The notes under the pieces are model-generated. The model saw only the letters and a list, made by a program, of their open reading frames with translations. It made no database searches and was not told the DNA's origin. Shown piece by piece: positions 20,116 to 28,866 of a stretch of 64,000 nt of DNA (the stretch's first letter is position 1; every line of letters begins with the position of its first letter). A program made the position numbers and the translations under genes. Source of the stretch: an uncultured delta proteobacterium (GTDB lineage Bacteria > Desulfobacterota > Binatia > UBA9968); the NCBI GenBank assembly GCA_963840855.1, contig CAWJBB010000079.1, positions 128,001 through 192,000 on the forward strand, in the 5' to 3' direction.

Positions 20116-21102
20116 TTACGAAACTTCGACAAAATAGGGGATCGCGCGGATGGCCACGCTAAGCGCAAGGACGCCGAGAGAAGCCAGAGCGAAGGGATAA
20201 AACCAAGGCACTTGTTTGCCCAGGCTTTTCACGAGAAAAGTTCCCTTCTCGGTTCTGTTGATATTCGCGTAGGCTTCCTCGAGCTGCTTCGCGTCGCGCA
20301 CGTCAAAGTAATTCCCCCCCGTGCCTTCCACCGCCGCAATCAACCGCGGCGCGTCGCGCGCTTTTTCCACTTCTACGCCGATAAAATGGATCTTGAATTT
20401 ATCGTCCTTCGCCCGCGCGATGGCCTGATAGACATCGCGGCCGGTGTTGTTCTCGCCGTCGGTGAGAACGATCATCACCCTTCCTTTGTCGGCTCCTTTG
20501 GCGTCCCGCCCTTGCTTGGCGGCGAGGTCGAGGGAAGTCAGAATTCCTTCACCGATGGCCGTTTGGCCCTCGCTGGCGAGCATCTTGTTGTCGACCAGTT
20601 GGAGATAACGCTGCACGTAAGCGGAATCGAAGGTCATCGGCGCCACAACGTAGCCATTTTCAGAGAACACGACCACCGCCAACCGGTCGTCGTGGCGCCG
20701 CTCCACGAAGGTGGCCATAGCTTCCTTGACGGCTCCCAGCCGGTCTTTTTCTTTTGTCCGAATACCCAGCCGTTGCCGTTCCAACGCGCCCCTGAGGTCT
20801 ATGGGCTCCTGCATACTGGAAGAGAGATCGACGACCATGATGATATCGAGACCTTTTTTAGCGATGAAACGTTGCGACGCGGGGAGCACCGGGTCCAGGA
20901 GCGCCACGACCAGCAATCCCAATGACAGAAGCTCCAGGAAACGCGGCAGATAAACCAGGCGGGAAGCCGGGCGAATTCGCGTCTTGAGATAGTGCAATAG
21001 AGGGTGGGTGAAGTAGCTCCGCGACCTGCGCCAGCGCACCGCCAAGACTAACACGATGAGCGGAATGAGAACCCACAGCAGATCCAAACGGGCAAACTTC
21101 AT
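20116..21102 (-). CDS. Membrane VWA-domain protein (BatA/MxaC-like)
   Basis: MIDAS DLSSS, TDGE, flanking TM helices. Confidence 0.9.
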   Translation of the reverse strand: MKFARLDLLWVLIPLIVLVLAVRWRRSRSYFTHPLLHYLKTRIRPASRLVYLPRFLELLSLGLLVVALLDPVLPASQRFIAKKGLDIIMVVDLSSSMQEPIDLRGALERQRLGIRTKEKDRLGAVKEAMATFVERRHDDRLAVVVFSENGYVVAPMTFDSAYVQRYLQLVDNKMLASEGQTAIGEGILTSLDLAAKQGRDAKGADKGRVMIVLTDGENNTGRDVYQAIARAKDDKFKIHFIGVEVEKARDAPRLIAAVEGTGGNYFDVRDAKQLEEAYANINRTEKGTFLVKSLGKQVPWFYPFALASLGVLALSVAIRAIPYFVEVS

Positions 21103-21112
21103 GTCGTGGCCT

Positions 21113-22183
21113 TTATATGCGCAGCCTTTGGGTCAACTTGCCAAGCTCGCCTTGAACCTCATCTCGCCAATCTCTTCCCAAATCTGCGCCCCGCCTTGTG
21201 TAAAGCACCTGCTCGCATCTCTCGAGCAGGGTTTTGATCGGCGCTCCCAACCCCTCTTGCCCGTGGTTTTTTAAAGCGCTGGCAACCTCATCTGGAGTCA
21301 GGCTTGAGACATCGATTTCCAGCGATTGACCGAGATACTCGCGCATGAACCGGGAGACTTCGGCATAGAACCGCAGCTGATCTTCGGCGGAATCCCGGCC
21401 CATCGTTTGAGTAGCGCGCAAGAAATCCTGCAGCATTCGGGCCTTGGCCCGCCGGGTCAAGTGTCGCGTTTTGGGTTTCTCCGTGGACGACGATGTCCAG
21501 AGGCGCCGGGTGAATTGCACGGCTAAAAAAATCATCCCCGCCAAACCGAGCGCCAGGGCGGCCATCCATCGCTCGGGGCCAGCCCGCGAGATGACTCTGC
21601 TGTCACGGGGCCTAAGGGCATCGGCGGTCAAAGTCGAACGGAGGCCAACTCGGGTCGCGGGCACGGGAAAAGATTCCGCGAGAGTATCTCCACCCTTCTC
21701 TGATCCCGCTTTGAGCGTAAAGTAATATAGGACGAAGGAAGGAATTCGTAGCTCGGCTTGCCCGCTCTCGTAGGTAGCGAGTAGAAGAATAACCTCGGTA
21801 ACTTTCTTGTCGGCGCCGAATGCGCCATGACGCACGGCAACTTCGCGCACCACGAATGGCGCCAGATTCAAGCTCTCCTTTTTCAAAGGTTCCAAAACAA
21901 TTTCGATGTTAGGATCATGGATAGCCCTCACGGTGTAGTGGAACAGGTCGCCAACCCAGACAGCAGTTTTATCCAAATGAGTCGAGACGGCGATTTTACT
22001 CGTCTTGACCTTTTTCTCCACCGGTGCGGCGCCCAGCGTCGTTAAAGCGAGTAGCAACAATAGAAGGCGCAAGGCGTGAGGCGCAAGGCGTGTCTTTATC
22101 GTGGTTCGTGTTCGTGATTCGTGTTCACCCGAGCACGAGAAACGAGCACGATTTCCACGAGATGATTGAGCGTAACGAATCAT
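21113..22183 (-). CDS. BatD/MxaA-like membrane protein
   Basis: As 14620..15690; start uncertain because the 5' end overlaps REP-like repeats. Confidence 0.65.
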   Translation of the reverse strand: MIRYAQSSRGNRARFSCSGEHESRTRTTIKTRLAPHALRLLLLLLALTTLGAAPVEKKVKTSKIAVSTHLDKTAVWVGDLFHYTVRAIHDPNIEIVLEPLKKESLNLAPFVVREVAVRHGAFGADKKVTEVILLLATYESGQAELRIPSFVLYYFTLKAGSEKGGDTLAESFPVPATRVGLRSTLTADALRPRDSRVISRAGPERWMAALALGLAGMIFLAVQFTRRLWTSSSTEKPKTRHLTRRAKARMLQDFLRATQTMGRDSAEDQLRFYAEVSRFMREYLGQSLEIDVSSLTPDEVASALKNHGQEGLGAPIKTLLERCEQVLYTRRGADLGRDWRDEVQGELGKLTQRLRI

Positions 22184-22223
22184 ATGACTTTTTTTCAGGC
22201 GCCCGCCGGTGATACGACCTTAT

Positions 22224-23108
22224 TCATCGACGCCTCTTGCGAGCAAGAAAGAAACCGATCAGCGGGTCCAGATAGGGTTTTCCGGGATGAAGAAACAGAT
22301 GGTCTAAGCCCATGGTGTAAAGAGCGCGCTCCAGCACGACCCGTCGTTCCAGCATCATGGACCGGTAGAGATCCTTATTCTTCCTGGTCAGGTTGAGAAC
22401 TATTCCAGCGCCAGATTCCGCGTCGCGCAGGCGCGCGAAGCCGCGCCCGCCGGGCAAGGCCTCCTCCCAGTTGTCCGCGACGATGAGGGGAATGAGATCG
22501 TGCTTGCGCGCGATATGCCTGAGCGCATGGCCATGCAAGGCCTCTTCCGCCTCAATGAAGTCCGAGATCAAAAAAATCAAGGCCGAGGTCCTAAGCTTGC
22601 CGAACAAATGCGCGAATGGGAGTGAAAAATCGGTCTTGACCGAGCTTGGTTTGACATCCCACAGGGATTCTAAAATCTGCCAGATTTGTCTGGAGCCCGC
22701 CTTGACCGGGATATCCAATTCGATTCTGTCGGTGAATCCCAGCAAGCCGACCTTCATATTGTCGCCAGTGGCGGAAAAAGCCAGGATCGCGGCGACCCGC
22801 ACGAGCAGCTCCCGTTTCGATTGGTCCACGCTGGCAAATTCCATCGACCGTGACAGGTCCGCGATGATGATGGCGCTCAACTCCTTCTCTTCGAAGTCCT
22901 TCTTCACGAACGGGTAGCGCATGCGCGCGGTGGCATTCCAGTCGATCTGCCGGTAATCATCGCCTTGTTGGTAAGGCTTGTGCTGGTCGAATTCGAAGCC
23001 TCTACCGCGCAGCGGGCTGCGATAGTCTCCCACCCGGTGATCCCGCACCGCCCGGCGCGTATAAATCTCGATGTAGCGCAACTCTTCCATCAACGCTCTA
23101 GGGATCAT
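22224..23108 (-). CDS. DUF58 family protein (MxaS-like)
   Basis: GRGFEF, GDDYRQIDWNATAR, DLSRSM. Confidence 0.93.
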   Translation of the reverse strand: MIPRALMEELRYIEIYTRRAVRDHRVGDYRSPLRGRGFEFDQHKPYQQGDDYRQIDWNATARMRYPFVKKDFEEKELSAIIIADLSRSMEFASVDQSKRELLVRVAAILAFSATGDNMKVGLLGFTDRIELDIPVKAGSRQIWQILESLWDVKPSSVKTDFSLPFAHLFGKLRTSALIFLISDFIEAEEALHGHALRHIARKHDLIPLIVADNWEEALPGGRGFARLRDAESGAGIVLNLTRKNKDLYRSMMLERRVVLERALYTMGLDHLFLHPGKPYLDPLIGFFLARKRRR

Positions 23109-23408
23109 ATTTATTATTCACCGCGACGGACACGACGAGCACGAAGGGTTCGCAATACGGGACGGTCGCGACCGTCCCCTACTTTGTGACCTTTGTACTA
23201 CTATGTTTAAGAGTTTTCGCGGCTCGCGCAAATTCTTTGTTGCCCTTATCCTAAATTGTGGAATTCAGAAGACAATACGGTATCACCACGAAGGCACGAA
23301 GGACACGAAGGGTTCGGATATTTATACTCTTAAACTTCGTGAACTTCGTGCCTTCGTGGTGAGTCCCCTCTTCTTGTGCCTTTTGTGGTTGAATCTCTTG
23401 TTCTCTTT

Positions 23409-24431
23409 CTATGGGACCGCGACTTTTGCCAATAATTCCTCAACGATTTCGTCCGGCGAGATGTTTTCCGCCTCCGCGCGCACGGTGCGGATCAAGCGGT
23501 GGCGCAGGGCGTCCGGAGCAATGCGCTTGACATCGGCGGGAAGAACGAAATCCCGGCCCGCGAAGAAGGCGGTGGTGCGCGCCAGCGCGAGAAGATGCTG
23601 CGCCGCCCGCGGCGACGCGCCATGAAGAACCATTTCACTGATCACGGGCAGGCTCACCGCCATCCCGTTGCGCGTGGCGCGGACGATGCGGATGACATAC
23701 TCTCTGATGGCATCGCTGACGAAGGTTTCCCCGCCGATGCGCTTGCGCAAGCGGATCACGTCGGCGGGCGCCATGACGGCCCTTACGGTCAATTGGCTCA
23801 AGTTGCGCGCGAGCATCGCGGCCTCGTCCGCATGGGTCGGATAGTCGACCTTCACTTTCAAGGAAAATCGGTCCACTTGAGCTTCGGGGAGAGCGTAGAC
23901 GCCTTCTTGTTCAATGGGATTTTGCGTCGCCAAGACCCAAAAGGGTTCATCCAGAGGATAGGTCGTCTCGCCGATGGTGACTTGCCGTTCCTGCATCGCT
24001 TCCAAAAGCGCGCTCTGGGTTTTCTGCGTGGCGCGATTGATCTCGTCGGCCAAAATCAAGTTGGCGAAGATCGGTCCCTTTTCGGTGCGGAACGTGCCCA
24101 GGGCAATATCAAAAATTCGCGTGCCGATGATGTCGGCGGGGAGCAGGTCCGGCGTGAACTGAATGCGTTGAAACCTGGCGCTGATCGTGTTGGCAAGGGT
24201 CATTACCGTCAGGGTCTTGGCCAGCCCGGGTACTCCCTCCAGCAGCACATGGCCGTAGCCCGATTTCTCCTCCTCGTCGCGCTTGAATGAATAAGGGATC
24301 TCCGAGAACAAACCGATCAGCAGGCGTTGAATCAGCCATTCCTGGCCCACGATCACCTTGTTGATCTCTTGCGCCACCGCCTGGATGGCTTCGAAGGCCT
24401 GCTCTTGGCCTATGTTTTCGCGCGTGTCCAC
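23409..24431 (-). CDS. moxR: MoxR family AAA+ ATPase
   Basis: Walker A GVPGLAKT, Walker B LADEINR, ATQNP, GASPRA. Confidence 0.96.
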   Translation of the reverse strand: MDTRENIGQEQAFEAIQAVAQEINKVIVGQEWLIQRLLIGLFSEIPYSFKRDEEEKSGYGHVLLEGVPGLAKTLTVMTLANTISARFQRIQFTPDLLPADIIGTRIFDIALGTFRTEKGPIFANLILADEINRATQKTQSALLEAMQERQVTIGETTYPLDEPFWVLATQNPIEQEGVYALPEAQVDRFSLKVKVDYPTHADEAAMLARNLSQLTVRAVMAPADVIRLRKRIGGETFVSDAIREYVIRIVRATRNGMAVSLPVISEMVLHGASPRAAQHLLALARTTAFFAGRDFVLPADVKRIAPDALRHRLIRTVRAEAENISPDEIVEELLAKVAVP

Positions 24432-24436
24432 GGCTA

Positions 24437-25444
24437 CTAACCCGAAATTAACAGCGTCAAAAAAAAGATGCCGGCCGCGGCCAGCAAAAAGCCATGATAA
24501 AAATCCTGGTATTCGATGACTTTTCTGAAGCCGGTGATATCGCGCTCTTTGAGAACGATTTCAGAAAAAGTCTTATCCAGCTCGAAACCGCTGAGAGAGC
24601 GGTAAAACTTCCCTCCAGTCTTGTCCGCGATCCAGTGCAGGGTGCGCTCATCGAAACGAGTGATGATCCTTTTACCCTGGTCGTCCTCGAGGTAAACAGG
24701 CCGGCCGCTCTCGTACGCGATCGGTATCGGCGCGCCTTCCACGGAGCCTACGCCGACGGTATGGACCTTGACTCCTTGTTCTTTCACCGCGTCAACCGCC
24801 CCATCGAGCTCCGCGCTGTTGTCCTCGCCGTCGGAAAGCAGGATAAAGACCTTCTTGTTGCGCGCCGCTGCAGGGTACACTTCGGCTTCTTTGCGAATCA
24901 CGGTAATACCATTTCTGAGCCCGCGCCCGATATTGGTTCCATGGCTCACGCTGGTGTCTTCTTTCAGATAGTCGAGATAATAGAGAATATTGTTGGCGTC
25001 TTCAGTCAGGTAGGAGATGATCACGCTGCCGCCGGCAAACGACACCAGCCCGACGCGGTCGTGCGCAAGCTTGGCGCGTGAAAAAGCGCCGATCACCTCC
25101 AACGCGCGCGCTAGCCGCGACGGTTGAATATCAGTGGCCCTCATGGAAGGAGATGTATCGAGCAAAAAGACCACGTCCAACACCCCCGGCTGGGGCACTT
25201 TTTGTTCTTGGACCAGTTGCGGATGGGCGAGGGCGAGAATGAGGGCCGCCATCACTAGATTCAAAAGCAAGAATCTAATAACGTCCTTGCGCAACGAAGA
25301 AAAACGAGAGATCCGTTTGAGCGCCAGCCCAACGCCCAGAGTCCGCCGGCTTTGGTGCTTGCCGTGGAGAAAATAGAGCCAACAGGGCAGCAAGGCGGCG
25401 AGCAAGAAGAACAGATTGAGATAGCCGGGATGTAAAAACTTCAT
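24437..25444 (-). CDS. Membrane VWA-domain protein (BatB/MxaL-like)
   Basis: MKFLHP start, TM segments, LDTSPSMRATDIQPSRL, GTNIG, LSDGED, VHTVGVGS.EGAPIP. Confidence 0.9.
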   Translation of the reverse strand: MKFLHPGYLNLFFLLAALLPCWLYFLHGKHQSRRTLGVGLALKRISRFSSLRKDVIRFLLLNLVMAALILALAHPQLVQEQKVPQPGVLDVVFLLDTSPSMRATDIQPSRLARALEVIGAFSRAKLAHDRVGLVSFAGGSVIISYLTEDANNILYYLDYLKEDTSVSHGTNIGRGLRNGITVIRKEAEVYPAAARNKKVFILLSDGEDNSAELDGAVDAVKEQGVKVHTVGVGSVEGAPIPIAYESGRPVYLEDDQGKRIITRFDERTLHWIADKTGGKFYRSLSGFELDKTFSEIVLKERDITGFRKVIEYQDFYHGFLLAAAGIFFLTLLISG

Positions 25445-25595
25445 CGGAGGCTTCGTGCCCTTCGCGTCCTTCGTGGGGCGTACTTCCCTCGCAACGAGTT
25501 CCTGTGGCAAGTTTTTACCACGAAGATCACGCAGGACTCGAAGATTAAATTAGCAAACATATCTCTTCACTGCCTTTTCCGCCGCCAAAACTCGT

Positions 25596-26213
25596 TCAGC
25601 CGCGCTTCTCAGGCGCCATTTGCTGCTGCGAGGGATCCTGGGGGCGCATCTTGTCCATGATCGATTTTACTTTTTGCTCCTGCGCCTTGCGGTCACGGTC
25701 CGGTTTCGCCAGGATGTTGCGGACCAGTTCATAATTGAACTTCAGGTCCCAGTCGTCCGGTTGCTGCGCAAGACCTCTTTGGTATTCTGACATAGCGGCC
25801 TTGAGTGCGTTGGTGGCGGTTTCCGCGTCTGGGCTTTCGATTGCCTGTCGAAACAGGACGTTTCCCATCCAAAAACTATAATCGGCGCTTTCGACCACCG
25901 CCGGCGCATCAACGGGCAGCTGCTCAAGCTTGGCCAGGGCGTCGCCGATCTTGCGCTGGCTATAGAGTAGGGCGACCTGGTTCAAGCTTGCTTGCTTGTG
26001 CTCCGCCGCAAGAATCTGAGTTTGCGAGGGAAGCATGTTCAACGGGCGCTCGACACGGGCATAGGTTTCCATAGCGCCAGCCATATCGCCCTGGAAAACG
26101 GCCGTCTGGGCGCGATCCAATTCGAACATCACCCAGCCATACGCGATCAACAGCGCAGAGATCACGAAAACGAGAACATATCCCGCCAATTTTGCGGCAT
26201 TCATTCTAGCCAT
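25596..26213 (-). CDS. Membrane-anchored TPR-like protein (MxaK/BatC-like)
   Basis: N-terminal TM, helical repeats, GNVLFR, P.DWDLKFNYEL. Confidence 0.7.
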   Translation of the reverse strand: MARMNAAKLAGYVLVFVISALLIAYGWVMFELDRAQTAVFQGDMAGAMETYARVERPLNMLPSQTQILAAEHKQASLNQVALLYSQRKIGDALAKLEQLPVDAPAVVESADYSFWMGNVLFRQAIESPDAETATNALKAAMSEYQRGLAQQPDDWDLKFNYELVRNILAKPDRDRKAQEQKVKSIMDKMRPQDPSQQQMAPEKRG

Positions 26214-26477
26214 CCAATCATCGGTTCATCTTGACGTCAAATACCTTCGTGAATCCTAAACCCAAAGCCGAAACAATCCAACAACCCAGAATAGGATTTG
26301 GTGCGAAAAATCCAATTTCCAAAAAAGGTTTATTGTAGTTTAGGGTATTCTAGTTGGTTTTTGAATTTGTTTCGAGCTTCGGATTTGGTGCTTCGAATTT
26401 GCTCGCTGAGATTCGGGCGCGCTCAGCACATCTTCCGTAGCGCTATTTTATCCTAAAACTATTTACTTGCCGTGACC

Positions 26478-26951
26478 TCAGCGGCTCTCCGTGGAAAATT
26501 TACGCTGCAACCAACCGGAAAACCCATCTTCTAGCACGCTGACATTGCGATACCCCTTGCCGCGCAATGCCAGGTAGGAATAGGATTCGTCAACGCCTCC
26601 CGGTGGGCAGGAGCAATAGAGAATCACCCGGCCGGACTTGGGGATTTCCTGATAGCGCATCTGCAATTCAGCCACTGGAATCGAACGAGCTCCCGGGAGA
26701 CGCGATTTTTGAAAATCGCTGGTCGGACGAAGATCGACAAAGAAAATTTTTTCCCCTGCTTCGAGCATCCTCTTTACCCGCTCCGACGGAATCGTTTCAA
26801 TGTATTCCTCGTCGTGTCCGCCGTTAGCGAGGGCGGGAATAAGAAACAAAAGAAATACTATTGACAGATCCGCCAACTCTACAACCACGCGCCGCATCGG
26901 GCTGCGTTGTAATACGCGATCGCCTGCCGCTTTGTGCCCGCCGGCGCTCAT
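26478..26951 (-). CDS. Exported rhodanese-fold protein 1 (YCSC)
   Basis: Hydrophobic leader then ANG|GH, VDLRP..DF...RLPGARSIP, VILYCSC, GYRNVSVLEDGFSGW; ATGA overlap with the upstream amidohydrolase stop. Confidence 0.88.
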   Translation of the reverse strand: MSAGGHKAAGDRVLQRSPMRRVVVELADLSIVFLLFLIPALANGGHDEEYIETIPSERVKRMLEAGEKIFFVDLRPTSDFQKSRLPGARSIPVAELQMRYQEIPKSGRVILYCSCPPGGVDESYSYLALRGKGYRNVSVLEDGFSGWLQRKFSTESR

Positions 26952-28674
26952 GGTTTTAAGGCGTCGTAAATCAGCTTGCCGCCCACGAGGGTCATGACGC
27001 TCTGAATTTTTGCGATTTCATCGTCCGGCACGTTTAGATAGTCTTTGTCGAGCACAACCATGTCGGCCCATTTGCCCGCTTCAAGTGATCCCAGAAGTTG
27101 ATCGCGCAGGACATATTGCGAGGCCCAGCGCGTCGCCATCAGAAGCGCGGTGCGCCGATCTATGGCGTGGCGGGCGCCCCACACCTTGTCGTTCTCGTCT
27201 TTGCGCGTAACCAGAGTGCCGAGCCCGAAAAAGGGCTTGATTCCCAGGTCCGCGTCATCTTGCTCCCAGGTCACCCGGCCGCCGGCATCGAGAATCCCTT
27301 GGATGGGCAAGACCCAACGGTGCGCGGCCTCCTCGCCATAGTCCCGCATCACGCGGTCGGCGCGCAGCAAGTACTTAGGCGCGCAGCTCCACATGATGTT
27401 GAGTTTCTTGGCGCGTTCGATCTGGTCGGGACGCGGGTTCATCGTGCAATGGTCGATAACATGGTTTTTCGCGCGAATTTGCTCCAGGGAAATCCCTGCT
27501 TCCGCGCTTGCCTTTTCAATGATGTCCAGCAACACATCGGTAGCCTTGTCACCCGCGCTATGCGTGCCGGCAATGCGAACGCCTGCCTTGACTGCGGCGT
27601 AGGCGGCGCGCCCGCGCACGTTGTCGATGGTCAGCCGGCAATCTTCCCGCGCTTTAACCTTGGCATCCGGCGATAGAGTCGTGCAAACCCCGGGATAGGA
27701 TGAATCCGTCGAGCCGGAAGAAATGCCGATGAGCCAGAATCGCTCCGTGCCATGACCGATGAGATTGCCGAACCGGTTCACAAAGCTTTCCGAGTAGATA
27801 TTATCGCGATAGCCCGCTTCATTCGTGTAGGCAAGGCGGATCGGCATCATCCCTTTCTGGTCCATGTAATTGAAGGCGGATATCGCTTCCGATCCCAGAG
27901 ACGAAGACCAGGTCGTGATCCCGGCGGCGCCCCACATCTCCAGCTCTTTGAGATAGACCGGTGCGAGATCTTCAGGCTTGGGCTTGGGAATAATTTCCTC
28001 GTAAAAGATCAGGCTCACGCCGGCGCCGATCCGACCCGTGAACTCTCCTTGATTATTTTTTGCCAGATCAAGAACCTTGGGATCGTAGCGCTTGAACAAG
28101 TATTCCAGCGCCCTGCTATTGGCCATAGCCTTGGTATCGGTGACATGCACCATCAAAGGATGACTCGGCGCCACTTTATCCAAATCGACCCTGGTCCGGT
28201 TGATAACGAAACTATCGGCAACATTGCGCGGACGAATGCGTGTGATAACCCACTCTCCGGGCTTTTTCGTTTTGACGGCCTCAGCGAGGCGCTCCAGCAT
28301 TTCCTCTTCCGTGCGCCCTTCGATCTTGATCTCGAGCAGACTGGGATTCATCTGGGGCGCATGCCGGTCGAGGGCATATTCATGAAGGTGCGAATGAGTG
28401 TCGATCAAGCCGGGGATCACAGTTCTGCCTTGAAGGTTGATCCTGCGGGTGCGGGACCAGCCAGCGGGAGAACATCGGCGTCGCGTCCCACCCGCAGAAT
28501 TTTTCCATCGCGCACGGCGATAGCCTCCGCGATGCTGAATTGTTCGTCTACCGTGATGATCTTGCCGTTATGCAGCACCGTTTCGGCGTAGCGGACGACC
28601 TCCGCGGGTAGCGATTGAGCCTGCGCCGGCGTCGCCAGCGCGAGCGAACTCAAAATTAAGAGAATCCATTTCAT
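26948..28674 (-). CDS. Exported amidohydrolase-3 (YtcJ-like) paralog 1; frameshift near 28450
   Basis: ORFs 28417..28674 (signal peptide, LHNGKIITVD, AIAVRDGKI) and 26948..28420 (PGLIDTHSH, THSAGD, DHC, GSLEAGKWAD) join with one indel. Confidence 0.9.
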
Positions 28675-28866
28675 AAAACGGTTTCTCCTCCCGAAAATTT
28701 TGTGCGTGATTGCCGTATACTATTCCCGGTTAGTCTTCGTCAACTGATCGAGCGCGGGTTATCGAACAGAACTATAAAGCAGCATCAGCCCAAAGCTGAT
28801 CAACCTGAGCTTGGTCCTGCGTCGTATTCCCGCCAAGCGCTCGGCTGGAACCGCTGACGTCGGTCT

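Larger units (their letters stand above)
12094..25040. repeat. Near-identical tandem duplication of an about 6.5 kb block (12094-18546 vs 18587-25040), preceded by a 1.5 kb partial copy (10584-12094)
   Basis: Constant 6493 bp offset between paralogous ORFs (12740/19233, 13623/20116, 15731/22224); scattered SNPs. Confidence 0.97.

Noticed and set aside
5761-26213. Aerobic CO dehydrogenase with CoxD/E-like, copper and sulfur maturation genes
   Set aside because: The large subunit has PYRAPG and lacks the Cu-ligating Cys of AYRCSFR. The enzyme is cytoplasmic while the rhodaneses and CopC are exported, and oppositely oriented genes separate the loci.
20116-26213. Methylotrophy (mxa) locus
   Set aside because: The composition is similar, but there is no PQQ dehydrogenase, mxaG/I/J or pqq gene in the window, so mxa symbols were not assigned.
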